Virus record (IMG/VR): IMGVR_UViG_3300030207_002164
Location: 1 to 55,499 of that record
Reading direction: 5' to 3' (one strand)
Origin: a virus
Taxonomy: Duplodnaviria; Caudoviricetes
DNA length: 55,499 nt
Of this stretch, positions 24,314 through 35,600 are shown one piece after another. A model generated the notes under the pieces. The model did not search any database. It worked only from the letters and a program-made list of their open reading frames with translations, and had not been told where the DNA came from. Position 1 is the first letter of the stretch. Every line of letters starts with the position of its first letter. The position numbers and the translations under genes are program-made.

Positions 24314-25396
24314 ATGGAAGAAAATAAAGAATCAGTTGGTGGCTTCGAGGTATTCGACACACCAGAACAACTGTCTGCATCTATGCAGTCAGAACCACAA
24401 AACGAAACAACACAAGAGGCTCCACAACAGGAGTCTCAACCTATTCAAGAAACTTCTACTCCTGAGGTAGCTCCTCAAGTAGAATCACAACAGTCAGGTC
24501 AACAGCAAGAGTCTGCTATGCCTGATGATAATTACTCCGATGAACAAGTCGAAGGTGCGGTTTTAGAGTTTCTAAGCGAGAAGCTTGGAAGAGAAATTAC
24601 GTCTTTTGATGGTTTTTCAGAGGGTGAAGGCACAACACAAATTGACGAAAGAGTTGAGGCTATTGCCAGGTTTGTTAATGACACTGGCAGAAATCCTAAT
24701 GATTGGTTTGCTTACCAGCAGTTAAATCCGTCTGAGATGGACGACGTAACAGCAGTTAAGGTGCAAATAGCAACAGAAAATCCAGAACTCACAGCTCAAG
24801 AAGTGGAACTGCTTCTCAACAGCAAGTATAATATCAACGATGACTTAGCGTCAGAAGATGAAATTAATGTTGCTAAACTTCAGCTTAAAATGGAGGCTAA
24901 TAAAGCTAGAAAGAATATTGAGGGCTTGCGCTCTAAATATTTAGCTCCACAACCTCAAGCGGCTGAACCTCGCTCTTTTGTTAACGATGATTGGATTGCC
25001 GATATGTCTAACGAAGTAGATAATCTGGAAGGTCTAGAGTTTGATCTTTCTGGAGATAAAAAATTTACATTCGGTTTTGATGAAGCATACAAGAATCAGT
25101 TAAAGCAGAGCAACGCCAGCATAGAAACTTTTTTTGATGAATTTGTCAATGAAGACGGAAGCTGGGATTTTGATGCGCTTTCATCAACTATGGCTGTAAG
25201 AGACAATATTGATAAAATAGTTTCTTCAGCTTACACTCAAGGGCTCAGCGATGGGCAAAGAGGTATTGTTGATAAAGCTGCTAATATTTCAAACAAGTCA
25301 CCACAGATGGGAGATCAAAATCAATCATCACCTCTAGCCGATCAAGTAAAACAAATAATGAGAGGTACTAGAGATAAGGTGACATTTAATATTTAA
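24314..25396 (+). CDS. capsid scaffolding protein
   Basis: Acidic disordered N-terminus plus helical body, immediately upstream of MCP. Confidence 0.75.
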   Translation: MEENKESVGGFEVFDTPEQLSASMQSEPQNETTQEAPQQESQPIQETSTPEVAPQVESQQSGQQQESAMPDDNYSDEQVEGAVLEFLSEKLGREITSFDGFSEGEGTTQIDERVEAIARFVNDTGRNPNDWFAYQQLNPSEMDDVTAVKVQIATENPELTAQEVELLLNSKYNINDDLASEDEINVAKLQLKMEANKARKNIEGLRSKYLAPQPQAAEPRSFVNDDWIADMSNEVDNLEGLEFDLSGDKKFTFGFDEAYKNQLKQSNASIETFFDEFVNEDGSWDFDALSSTMAVRDNIDKIVSSAYTQGLSDGQRGIVDKAANISNKSPQMGDQNQSSPLADQVKQIMRGTRDKVTFNI

Positions 25397-25409
25397 AAAC
25401 TAAGAAAAA

Positions 25410-26822
25410 ATGGCTAGTATAGGAAGTACAAGAGGTACAGATCTACCAAATATTGATGCTACGTCGAATAGAGCATTTAGAATTTCTCCAGAGACGTACA
25501 CAACAGTAGACACTCTTATTAAAACTACAAAAGACCAGGTTATGCCTGACCTGGTTGAAACTTACGGTGAGCAAGGTATCACTGGTTTCTTAAAACTAAC
25601 AGGCGCTATCAATAGCGGAGGATCATCTGATCAGATTGACTGGTGGGAGATGGGTCGTCGTCACAAGACGTACACTTACGCTGTTGCTAACATTACAAAC
25701 AACACAACTAACATTGTTGTTGCAGCAGGTGATGACTCGTTCACTTCAAACGTAGAGGTAAACGATGTTATCATGGATAGCTCAACAGGAACTCGTTACA
25801 TTGTTCAAGCTGGTGGATTCTCAACTGGTGTTGCATCAAACGTAACAATGGTTCTTTTGAACGGTAACGCAGCAATTACTTCAGGAACTCACTACGACGC
25901 TGTAGGCGGAGAGTGGATCAAGCTTGGTAATATGTACGCTCAAGGAACAAATCAGCCTGTTGGATTTGACGATCCAGGTGTAATCCGTCGTTCTAACCCA
26001 TTCATGATCGTAAAAGATCGTTACGAGGTAAACGGATCACAAGCAACTAACATCGGTTGGGTAAATATCGGAGGCGGTGAATACCGTTGGTTCATGAAGG
26101 GTGAGCAGGAAGCTCGCGCTCGTTTTGAGGACCGTCGTGAGCTTATGATGCTATTTGGAGAGAAGCACAGCGGAACAGCTGGTACTGCTTTAGACAACGA
26201 TTTGGCTGGTTCTGAGGGTTACTTCTCAGCTATCGAAGATCGTGGTATTCAAGTAAGCAACGCTGCTTCTTCACCAATGGACACATTTGGTGAGTTTGAT
26301 GATATCATCCTTGAGTTAGATAAGCAAGGTGCACCTTCTGAGTACGCTATGTACTTAAACAGAAAGCAAGACTTAGCAATTGACGATATGTTAGCTATGG
26401 GTCTTTCTGGTGGTGTTACTACTGGTCTTCCAGGACAATTCGGAGCATTCAACAACGACGCAGACATGGCTGTAAAGCTTGGATTTAAGTCGTTTACTCG
26501 TGGTGGATACACTTTCCATAAGCACGATTGGAAGCTTCTTAACGATCCAACTCTTCTAGGTACATCTAACTTTATTCAGGGAGCTATGGTTCCTCTGTCT
26601 CAAGTAACAGATGCTCGTAGCGGAATGAAGGCGCCAGCTTTAGCTATGTACTATAAAGAAGCAAACGGATACAACCGTGAGATGGAGCACTGGGTAACAG
26701 GAAGTATCCTAGGTCACTACAACAATGGTGATGTAGGTTCTGACAATGCAGTATTCCACTACCGTTCAGAAATTGCTCTTTGTGTACGTGCTGCTAACCA
26801 ACACGTTGTAATTAAAGGTTAA
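25410..26822 (+). CDS. major capsid protein
   Basis: 470 aa after scaffold; strongly biased highly expressed codon usage (CGT, AAC, TTC); EGYFSAIEDRG, LGFKSFTRGGYTF motifs. Confidence 0.9.
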   Translation: MASIGSTRGTDLPNIDATSNRAFRISPETYTTVDTLIKTTKDQVMPDLVETYGEQGITGFLKLTGAINSGGSSDQIDWWEMGRRHKTYTYAVANITNNTTNIVVAAGDDSFTSNVEVNDVIMDSSTGTRYIVQAGGFSTGVASNVTMVLLNGNAAITSGTHYDAVGGEWIKLGNMYAQGTNQPVGFDDPGVIRRSNPFMIVKDRYEVNGSQATNIGWVNIGGGEYRWFMKGEQEARARFEDRRELMMLFGEKHSGTAGTALDNDLAGSEGYFSAIEDRGIQVSNAASSPMDTFGEFDDIILELDKQGAPSEYAMYLNRKQDLAIDDMLAMGLSGGVTTGLPGQFGAFNNDADMAVKLGFKSFTRGGYTFHKHDWKLLNDPTLLGTSNFIQGAMVPLSQVTDARSGMKAPALAMYYKEANGYNREMEHWVTGSILGHYNNGDVGSDNAVFHYRSEIALCVRAANQHVVIKG

Positions 26823-26862
26823 TATTAACTAGGTAATGTACCTATAAAAGATAGATAATATT

Positions 26863-27204
26863 ATGGAAAAATTTATGTTTTTTGCGAACAGTACGAGTGA
26901 CGCAATCTGTGTTCCTGCAAGAAAGCTTGTAGAAATGGAGGTTGACGGTGACGGCGAGTCACTTGACCTTAGATTCGATGCGCGAGTTGGTAGTACGTCA
27001 ACACCTTTCGCTAATGTACGTAACGAAGTAGAAGCAGACTTAGTGATTACTGACAACAAAGGTAAAGAGGTTATTAAATCTCTAGCTAATGAAATCAGAA
27101 AAGGTAAGGAACCTTTCATTGTAGTTGCTGATGATAACGTAGGCACATATGCTCACGTTAATATCACTGCTCTTGCAACGTCTACTCTTGACACAATCGG
27201 TTAA
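26863..27204 (+). CDS. capsid accessory protein (stand-alone shared N-domain)
   Basis: KFMFF...ICVP...KGKEVIKSLANEI...IVVADD. Confidence 0.8.
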   Translation: MEKFMFFANSTSDAICVPARKLVEMEVDGDGESLDLRFDARVGSTSTPFANVRNEVEADLVITDNKGKEVIKSLANEIRKGKEPFIVVADDNVGTYAHVNITALATSTLDTIG

Positions 27205-27216
27205 TAATTAGAAAAT

Positions 27217-28149
27217 ATGGATACAAGTAAAAAATTCTTATATATAAATCCAGACGATACGGCTGGTGAGGTAGATGGTTCAAGACTTATCCCTGTTTCT
27301 AGTATAGAAATGATGGGTATGGGTGACGCTACAAGTTTGGAGATAGCTTACAAAGACGCTGGAAGCGGTGATATTAGCGTAGTTGATATTACTGTTGCTT
27401 CAGGTAAAGGTAAAGAGGTTATGCAGGCTATTGTTGAAGACATTAACTTCAGCAAGCAAAGCATTATTGTTGTTGCTGATAAAAGTAACGATGAGAAGTG
27501 TAGCCCGCATATCGACCTTAGCACAGCACCAGTATTAATTGAAGGCGGTAACAATACTGCGTACTTTGGGTCACTTCAGGTTAGTGATGGAAGTTTTACA
27601 CTTTCAAATAGTGAATCGGGAGTAGCTAGTATTAAAGACTTCGATGGTGTCGCTGTGGCGAGTGTGAGTACAGATGGCATAGGTGTATCGGTTACAGGAA
27701 CTTCAACTTCTTCAACTAGAAATGAAGGTTTTGGTTACAGAAAGCAGGTGCTTGAGATTGGTTCTGGTAATGATAATAATGAGCTGACGCTTGGCCTTGG
27801 AGATAGTGGAGCCGTTATTTACGTTACTCCAACGAATGCTTTAAATATCAAGTTGCCAGCAGTGGGAACTCAGGTAGGTTGGTTTTGTGATTTCATCATT
27901 GCAGAAAATGTTAACAAAGCGTTTACTATTCAAACAAACGGTCAAGACGGCAATGACAACATTACTTTATTTAGTAATGCTTCTGATGCTGTTTCGGCTG
28001 ACGTTGGTGGTACAGATCACGATATTTTGACGTTTACTAATGCTTTAGCTGGATCTAGAATTGAGCTAATAAATTGCGTTGGTGGTGATGCTGAAAGATG
28101 GCACGCATACGTAAGAAGTATGAATACTGTTGATGCGTCAATCGCCTAA
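27217..28149 (+). CDS. capsid accessory/fibre protein (shared N-domain plus fibre tip)
   Basis: KFLYI...LIPV...KGKEVMQAIVEDI...IVVADK, then DSG...IKLPAVG...G..C.F beta tip domain. Confidence 0.8.
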   Translation: MDTSKKFLYINPDDTAGEVDGSRLIPVSSIEMMGMGDATSLEIAYKDAGSGDISVVDITVASGKGKEVMQAIVEDINFSKQSIIVVADKSNDEKCSPHIDLSTAPVLIEGGNNTAYFGSLQVSDGSFTLSNSESGVASIKDFDGVAVASVSTDGIGVSVTGTSTSSTRNEGFGYRKQVLEIGSGNDNNELTLGLGDSGAVIYVTPTNALNIKLPAVGTQVGWFCDFIIAENVNKAFTIQTNGQDGNDNITLFSNASDAVSADVGGTDHDILTFTNALAGSRIELINCVGGDAERWHAYVRSMNTVDASIA

Positions 28150-28162
28150 TAACTAATACGTG

Positions 28163-28181
28163 AAAGGGCTTCGGCCCTTTT
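28163..28181 (+). terminator. intrinsic terminator with cUUCGg tetraloop
   Basis: AAAGGGC-TTCG-GCCCTTT followed by T; short U tract. Confidence 0.75.
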
Positions 28182-28221
28182 GCATTTAACTTTTTAATAA
28201 CGAAAATAATTTTTAGAAATA

Positions 28222-28704
28222 ATGAATGAATTAATTCTCTCAAAGCTTGACGCAAATGAGGTGAGAGCAAACAAAGGAGTTGTGTCTGTTGCTGAAACAA
28301 GCGCATCTTTTGTAGCATCTTCTGATGCAATTACTTCAGGGCCTATGTTAATCCCAGCTAACGCTGTTATCTTGGATTGCTACGCTGTTGTAAAAACTGC
28401 CCTTGCTTATGCTACGGCTACTCTTGGAACTCGTTTTGGAACTGCTGCTAGTGGTGCTCAAATCGTTGCTCTTGATGCTGACGGACTTGTTGGTTCGTCT
28501 ACATCATTGGCTGCTGGTAAAGGTAACTGTACTGATGCAGAAAGAAACACTTCTTTAGGTGGCGCTGCTGCTGTAGTTGTTGTTGCTGACGCTGCTTACT
28601 CAGCTGATCAAAGAGCAATCTACGGTGAGGTAAAAGCTTCTACTGGAGCTTTCACTGCAGGTGAAGTTTACTTTGCTGTTGAGTACATGGTACTTGGCGA
28701 TTAA
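28222..28704 (+). CDS. capsid decoration-like protein
   Basis: IPANAVILD...FTAGEVYFAVEY; Ala-rich; highly expressed codon usage. Confidence 0.8.
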   Translation: MNELILSKLDANEVRANKGVVSVAETSASFVASSDAITSGPMLIPANAVILDCYAVVKTALAYATATLGTRFGTAASGAQIVALDADGLVGSSTSLAAGKGNCTDAERNTSLGGAAAVVVVADAAYSADQRAIYGEVKASTGAFTAGEVYFAVEYMVLGD

Positions 28705-28722
28705 TTAAGCTGAAACTTAATG

Positions 28723-28750
28723 AGAAAGGCCCTTCTGGGGCCTTTTTCTT
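28723..28750 (+). terminator. intrinsic terminator
   Basis: AAAGGCCC-loop-GGGCCTTT followed by TTCTTT. Confidence 0.85.
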
Positions 28751-28755
28751 TGTCG

Positions 28756-28763
28756 TATATTTG
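28756..28763 (+). promoter_or_regulatory. -7 element TATATTTG restarting transcription after terminator
   Basis: Consensus match. Confidence 0.7.
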
Positions 28764-28779
28764 TGTGTAATTTAGTAGA

Positions 28780-30102
28780 ATGAAATTTTTCAAGTTTATT
28801 AGGGAAAACGTAACACCAGGCAGCGTAACCGCTTCTGATACGGGAGTTGGAATAAGCGTAGTTGCTATTCCAGCACAAAACGTGTCTCTAATTAGTGCCT
28901 CTACTGGTAAAGTAAAAATTGTATTTAAAGACAGCAGCATCTATGATGATATACAGTTGTTTGAAAACACAGCTATTGAAAAAACTAGCGTAGACATATC
29001 ATGTAGAAGCGGTGACGAAATATCTTTGATATCAGATATAATTAATTTTATAGGATCTGAGCAAAAAAATAAACAGATTGTTTTTAACAGTGTTCAAGGA
29101 ACATCTACATTTCAAAGAGCTGTTGTTGATTCTAAAGACGATGTATCAATATCTATTAAAGAAAGCCCAATTAATGTAGAGACTGGAGAGAAAGCTCAGG
29201 GCTCAGAAGAAAAAAAATATCAAAACAGCATTGGAGAAATTAACTTTGGACGAGAAGAAAACCTTCCGTCTTTTGACTTAAACCATCAAGGCTTAGTTGA
29301 CTTTGCTGACGGCGCAACGATTACCACTTGGATAAATTCAGGAACTTCTGGATCAACTTACAATACGCCTAGATTAGGTAGTACAACTCCAACATGTGAG
29401 GATGATCCAGCTACTAGCGGAATTAGAACCAAATCTGTTCGTATACAGAATACAGATGCATTTAATGTGCCTGCATATACAGCAAAGGGAGATTATACTA
29501 TTTATTGCGTTTTTGGAGAATATACTGGAGATTTTGGCTATTCTAATCCAATAGTTTTATACGGGGATGAAGCTGGTGAAACTATAGGGTTTGGAGGCAA
29601 CCATCCAGAAGTAGCTGACTTTAATGAAGCTAGCTTAGGAAAAGCAAGAAAGAAGTATTCATTTAGTGTAAGGCACGACGGAAGATTAGGTGTTCCAGCG
29701 AGCACACAAACAGACACAAAAGAAAACGGAACTACACCTTTTAAGTGGCCGAACTATTTAGAAGCCAATGGATCAATAGATGATATGGGCGGTCCAGATG
29801 TGTTTATCATAAGAAGAGATTTGAATAGCAATATGTACCTCCATAACAGAGATGGAGATCTTGTTGCATTTATTAAGGGTAAAACAATTACCGACGATAA
29901 AACTTTTACTACTAAAACTAACGGACTAACAGACGGTGATTTGCTTATAGAAAACATAGGTACTGTAAAAGATTTCACAACAGCCGCTAGCATTGTTTTT
30001 GCTGGACATTTGGCTAGATTTGGAGTTATAGAAAGAGATATAGGTACTTCAGCTTCGGCTACGTTAGCTAAAGACCTTTTTAATTTATACAAAGTAATTT
30101 AA
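28780..30102 (+). CDS. virion protein: shared accessory N-domain plus ConA/LamG-like domain
   Basis: KFFKF...VAIPA N-terminus; WINSG...YTIYCVF...IENIG...FAGHLARFGVI. Confidence 0.75.
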   Translation: MKFFKFIRENVTPGSVTASDTGVGISVVAIPAQNVSLISASTGKVKIVFKDSSIYDDIQLFENTAIEKTSVDISCRSGDEISLISDIINFIGSEQKNKQIVFNSVQGTSTFQRAVVDSKDDVSISIKESPINVETGEKAQGSEEKKYQNSIGEINFGREENLPSFDLNHQGLVDFADGATITTWINSGTSGSTYNTPRLGSTTPTCEDDPATSGIRTKSVRIQNTDAFNVPAYTAKGDYTIYCVFGEYTGDFGYSNPIVLYGDEAGETIGFGGNHPEVADFNEASLGKARKKYSFSVRHDGRLGVPASTQTDTKENGTTPFKWPNYLEANGSIDDMGGPDVFIIRRDLNSNMYLHNRDGDLVAFIKGKTITDDKTFTTKTNGLTDGDLLIENIGTVKDFTTAASIVFAGHLARFGVIERDIGTSASATLAKDLFNLYKVI

Positions 30103-30108
30103 TTTAAT

Positions 30109-30957
30109 ATGTCAGAGACAAAAAGAAGGACAGCTGGGCGTCCAAAACCCCAGCAACAAACAGAAACACCTGTACAAGAGGCGGTAACAGCACCGACTCC
30201 TGCACCGAAGAAAAAAACTGTTATTAGGCGTAGAGAGCAAATGAATCAAAACGCAGAGTACGAAATACCATCAAGGTCTGGTGTAGTGTATATGCTTCCT
30301 CAAAAGGGAGTTACAGTATACGATCCAGAACAAGACACTGTAAGAGAGTTGAGGTATTGTCCAAATGAACCATCTGTATGGGCTGATGAGCAAGGAAGTA
30401 AAGCTCTTAAGCAAACTGTAGCCTTTCAAGAAGGTAGATTGTTCGTACCAAAAGACAAGCCAAATTTAAGAATGTTTATGGATTTACACCCTATGAACAT
30501 AGCTAACGGTGGTAAGCTATTTAGATTGGTGGATAAGCAAAAAGACGCTCAAGACAAGCTAAAGAGAGAGTTTGTAACGTCAGAAGCTATTGTTATGGTT
30601 AGGGATAAAGACATTAATGAGCTGCTGCCAATTGCGTTATATTTTGGTGTAGATATCAATAGACCAGTATCAGAAATAAGGTACGATCTTTTAAATATAG
30701 CTAAGAAGAATCCTAAAGATTTTATTGAATCATTTGATTCACCTCAAGTTCAAGTTAGATCGGTAATTCAACAAGCCAAAGACTATCAAATCGTTAACAT
30801 CAAGAAAGATGGTTGTTATTGGTTTGACTCAAACGGACTAATTGTATCGGTCCCAGTGGGACAGGAAGGTATGGACGTTATGGTAAGATTCTGCTTAACA
30901 GAAAAAGGAGCTTCAGTTTTATCTTCACTAGAGGAAAAACTAAGCAAACTAGCATAA
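30109..30957 (+). CDS. hypothetical morphogenesis protein
   Basis: RELRYCPNEPSVWADEQ...FQEGRLFVPK; position between capsid and tail genes. Confidence 0.8.
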   Translation: MSETKRRTAGRPKPQQQTETPVQEAVTAPTPAPKKKTVIRRREQMNQNAEYEIPSRSGVVYMLPQKGVTVYDPEQDTVRELRYCPNEPSVWADEQGSKALKQTVAFQEGRLFVPKDKPNLRMFMDLHPMNIANGGKLFRLVDKQKDAQDKLKREFVTSEAIVMVRDKDINELLPIALYFGVDINRPVSEIRYDLLNIAKKNPKDFIESFDSPQVQVRSVIQQAKDYQIVNIKKDGCYWFDSNGLIVSVPVGQEGMDVMVRFCLTEKGASVLSSLEEKLSKLA

Positions 30958-30977
30958 ACGAAACACTCAGGACGGAG

Positions 30978-31006
30978 AGAGCCGCTTTTAGGGCGGCTTT
31001 TTCTTT
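30978..31006 (+). terminator. intrinsic terminator
   Basis: AGCCGC-loop-GCGGCT followed by TTTTCTTT. Confidence 0.8.
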
Positions 31007-31009
31007 TTG

Positions 31010-31017
31010 TATATTTG
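31010..31017 (+). promoter_or_regulatory. -7 element TATATTTG at head of tail operon
   Basis: Consensus match just before ATG 31022. Confidence 0.7.
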
Positions 31018-31021
31018 CTAT

Positions 31022-31759
31022 ATGATAGGCGTTATAGAAGTATACAACTACCTTAAAGACTACTGCAACAAAGACCAGAAGGGTTTTGTTACGCCAGAAG
31101 TTTTCAATTCGTTTGCAGCTTTAGCTCAACAGCAAGTATATAATTCAATGTTTGCATCTATGGGTGAAGCTTTGAATATGAGGAGAAAGGGTGTGGATCC
31201 AGCAAGAGAAAAATCTTTTGTTAGGCAGCTAGAAGAAGACATGGCATACTATACAAAAAGAGAGCTATTAGAAAACTCTGATTCATCAGAAGATAGTATG
31301 TTATTTGATAAACCGAGAGATTTGTCTAAAATATCCTCAATAAGTCTTACTGATAGGGAAAGAACATCGGTTGAGGTGTTACTTAATCCTGAAAAAGCTG
31401 ATAGAATATTAAGCAGTAATCTATCCACCCCTACTAAATCATTTCCAGTCGCTTTGATTGGAGATAAGATAGAATTGTTTCCTTCAGTTATAAGCTCTAT
31501 TTATTTAACATATTACAGACAACCAAGATCTGTTTTTGCAACAAGCACTGTTGGTGGCGGTCAAATGGGTGATATAGACTCAATGTCTACGCCTACATAC
31601 GCTGCAAATCAGTTTGGTGGTATTGAAATTGCAATACCTATAAATTGCAGAAACTTTGATCTACCAGAACATTACAAAAGCAAACTAACTTATGAGATGG
31701 CAAAGCTTATTGGTATTAGCTTACGTGATGATTTTTTAATAAATAAAACAGCCTCGTAA
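31022..31759 (+). CDS. head-tail adaptor / tail ring protein (start revised)
   Basis: NKDQKGFVTPEVFN..A...YYRQP...FDLPEH pattern; the track's TTG start overlaps the promoter. Confidence 0.75.
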   Translation: MIGVIEVYNYLKDYCNKDQKGFVTPEVFNSFAALAQQQVYNSMFASMGEALNMRRKGVDPAREKSFVRQLEEDMAYYTKRELLENSDSSEDSMLFDKPRDLSKISSISLTDRERTSVEVLLNPEKADRILSSNLSTPTKSFPVALIGDKIELFPSVISSIYLTYYRQPRSVFATSTVGGGQMGDIDSMSTPTYAANQFGGIEIAIPINCRNFDLPEHYKSKLTYEMAKLIGISLRDDFLINKTAS

Positions 31760-32649
31760 TGGCATACAACGACGTTTCCTCTTCAGGCATGAATTACGTG
31801 CCGCTACGACAAGTTATAGATGATTATATTATCACAATAGATAATGATGATTACGTTAGCTCGGCTTCAGATGTAATGATTCGTAATATAGCGCTTAGAG
31901 GTATTCGTGAGTTTGGATTTGATATTACGTCAAGAGTGAAATCAATTAAGCTGGATGTAAACACAACCAACAATACAGTTGCTTTGCCTGACGATTTTGT
32001 TGACCTTTTAAAAATTGGAACAGTAGGATCTGATGGATTATTAAGAGTTTTAGGTCAGAACAAAAACTTGAATCAATCAAGAAGAATTACGCAAGTAGAC
32101 TCTGATGGTGATGGCGTTGTAGATACAGATACAACTTCAAAGGTGGACAGCGCCCAGGGACCGCTTCACATACACGACAACTTAATACTAGACAGAGAGG
32201 ACGACAAAACAAACACTAATGTTAGTTCAGGCGTTTCTGACGAGTATGATTTTTATATTTTTGAAAACTATGCTTATCAGGGAGGTTTAGGAAGACTTTA
32301 TGGAACTGGAGGCGGTCATATGCAGGGGGAGTATAGGATTAATTTAGATCAAAACAGAATAGAGGTTGATACCTCTAATGATGTTGCAGAGGTCGTTCTT
32401 GAATATATATCTGACGAGGCTAGATCTACTAACCCAGTCATTCATGTGTATGCAGAGGAAGCTCTTAGGACATACATATACTACAAGTTATGTGAAAGAA
32501 AATCAACAGTACCTGCTAATGAAAAAGCTAGAGCTAGATCTGAATATTACAACGAAAGAAGAAAGGCAAAGGCAAGACTAAGTAACTTCTCTAAAGAGGA
32601 GGCTCTTAAGACAATACGTAAAAACTTTAAGTTAGCACCTAAATACTAA
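31759..32649 (+). CDS. tail ring / adaptor protein
   Basis: RGIREFGFD...LPDDFVD...VLEYISD...AEEAL..YI.Y. Confidence 0.75.
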   Translation: MAYNDVSSSGMNYVPLRQVIDDYIITIDNDDYVSSASDVMIRNIALRGIREFGFDITSRVKSIKLDVNTTNNTVALPDDFVDLLKIGTVGSDGLLRVLGQNKNLNQSRRITQVDSDGDGVVDTDTTSKVDSAQGPLHIHDNLILDREDDKTNTNVSSGVSDEYDFYIFENYAYQGGLGRLYGTGGGHMQGEYRINLDQNRIEVDTSNDVAEVVLEYISDEARSTNPVIHVYAEEALRTYIYYKLCERKSTVPANEKARARSEYYNERRKAKARLSNFSKEEALKTIRKNFKLAPKY

Positions 32650-35600
32650 TGGCAGTAAATAAAATAAGACCAAGAAAGATAAATTCTGCTGCAGATTCTA
32701 GGCTCAGAAAATCTGACGAAATGTTAGATGCTGTAAACTTAGTAGCTACACATGATTTTAGAGATTCTGGGGATACTACAGAAGGTAATGATTCTAGCGG
32801 CAACGCTGGTGTTTTAAAGCCGTGTAGAGGTAACGGATTTGTTCCCCCACATACAGACGTCATAGATGGGGTTCCAAATGATTTAGAAAAAAGAGTTTTA
32901 GGTAGCGTAACTGACCATGAAGCAAATGTTGTTTATTTGTTTTTGTGGTGTGAAGAAGCTAAATATCAAGGTGTTTATGCATATGATCCCACAGGATATC
33001 TACCTGGATCAACAGAAAACTTTGATGGGTATAGAAAAGTATACACATCTCAGCAGTTTAATTTTGTGTCTGATTCTTTTATTAAAGGGGATATAGTTAG
33101 AATTGAGAACAAATACTTTTATTCTTTAAATAATATTAATAGAGCTTTATTTAATTCAAGGTCTGATAAAAGAGGCACTAGCCTTGAAACGATAAGTGAT
33201 GATAATTTAGCAGATCACTTGACTCAAATATATGATACTCAACCTATTATATATTTTACTGACAACATAAATGAGCCTCGAAAAATACATCCATTTAGAG
33301 CTCTTGTAGAAAACCATAATAATTACGATTTAGTAGACGTAAAAGACTTTATTACGGCTTGCCCTAAAACCCCATTATACCCTATAACTGCTAAATTTGA
33401 AACAGATCCAACGGATCCTACATCTTCTTTTGAAGGCATATCTGGATTTCAGTTTGCATACCAGCATATTTACAAGGGTGGCGAAGAGAGCGCTTTATCT
33501 ACGTTTTCTGACATTGTGGTTCCAAATGCATACTACCAGCAAGGCGCAAATGAGACTGCTGATTTAAGCGTAAACAACAAATGCGTACTTACAATACCTC
33601 ACAGAAATCAATATTTTGAGAATGTTTTTAACGAGGATACAGCATCTGTAGAATCGGTTTTGAGCGCAGAAGTGTATGGAAGAACTAAAGAAATAAACAA
33701 AATAAGAATACTCTCTAGAATGGGTAATGAGGGTGCTTGGATTACTGTTGAAGAAATAGATGTTCCTGCTGATGGTTTATTATACGGTGAAGACATAACG
33801 TATGATTTTTATAATAGGCAGGTTTTTGCTGGGTTTAACAAAAACGATGCAATAAAACAATTCGACAACATACCTCAAAAAGCAGAGGGTCAAGCGGTCG
33901 TTTCTGACAGACTTATGTATTCTAATTACGTAGAAGGATACGATAATGTAGATGTTAAAGCAAGAGTAAGAGTAAGATATCATGATAGGCCTGAAGATTT
34001 TATTGATCAAGAGATAAAAGTAACACCAACAATAAAACATGTGGCAGACCATGCAGGATACGGGTCTTACGCAGGGGGAGCTGCTGGAAGAAAAGAAAAA
34101 ACAGTAGGTTATCACATTGATACACAAGGTTTACCGCCTACTATAACAGAAAATGGAACAGTGGATCTTTTTATCACTGTATCTCCTCACAGAAACTGGC
34201 ATATATACAACACAAAAAACAGTTTTCACGGATCTAGACATTTATCTTTAGATCTTGGGGAAGAGATTACTCCTTCACAAGACTTAAGTGTTGTAGAAGG
34301 CGGTGAGGTATTACTCGACACCGCCACATCAGTAGTGGGTCCAGAAACATGGGGCTTAAAACAAACAGAAGCAGAGGCTAGAGGCGGATCTGGTTTTAAC
34401 GACAGAATGGATAAGTTTTTTGGGGCAAACAACGGTGTTTCTGTTGGTGAGCTTGGAGATTTTACATGGAATACAGTTAGCAGTCAACACGACTTTTTAA
34501 ACGGGCGTTCCTGTAAGGCTGTATTTGGTACATCAGCAGCAAACCCTCTTATATTAAGAGGACAACCGCTTTCGTTTTTTGTTACGCTACAAGCAACACA
34601 AGATATTAACGAAGCACAAAATGCTATTAGGAATGCTTTGATAGCTTCTTTAACAGATCAAAGTTTAGAAGTTGGTGACAACACGGGAAGCTTTTTAATC
34701 GTTAATCTTCAAAGAGATTTTTCTTATGTTATCAATGAGGGTTTGCCTGGGGGTGATATAGAAACAGATGCAGGGGAGTCTATAGAATCTCCATTTAGAA
34801 TACCTGTTTTATCTGGATCAGACAGTAGAAAACACTTAATATGTGCTGTTGGAAATGGAGATATAATTAACGAATCGTCTAGCGAATATTCCTTAACGCA
34901 TCAGAGCCCTTGCGGTTATTTTATTGTAAATAAAGCAAATGTAACATTTGGTTTAAGGAATGCTGGTAATGGTTTTATGCATCTTAGGATTAAAGATGTG
35001 TCTAACGTAGACATACAAACATGCATTCCTTTTATGAATGCAGAAAGACTTGACAGTGGGGCTGATGATAATAACTCGTTAAACTATGTTGAACCTCAGC
35101 AAAGCCCACAAAGTGATTCCGATAAATGGGGATTGAGGGATGCTACGATGTGGAGTTTAGATGAACTTATTGTAGATTCTTGGTACTGCTATTCAAAAGA
35201 GTTTATGCAATCTGGAAACTTTAACCCAAGAATATACACACCTACGCCGACAGACTTTCCTAGGTATATGAATGGAGAAGGTGGTGGGAGTTATAGCTGG
35301 GGAGATCTTAATCCAGAGTGTACTAATAACGGTCAAGGTAAAAATTCTGCTATTGTAAGCATAAGCGCATTTAACAACTTATTCTACACACCAGAGAACT
35401 GGGAGTACAGGTATGAAGGAGATGGATTGGGACAAGGTGGGTGGAAAGATGCGTGGCATATTCCGTTTCAAAGAGCTGTAGACCATATGGCTCTGACTGG
35501 AGATAATGCTGGAACTTTTCAGGCTCCATCAAATACAGAAAACAATGGGAGGATGAGAATAATGGGTTATCTAAATGGTAACTATGACGATATATATGAT

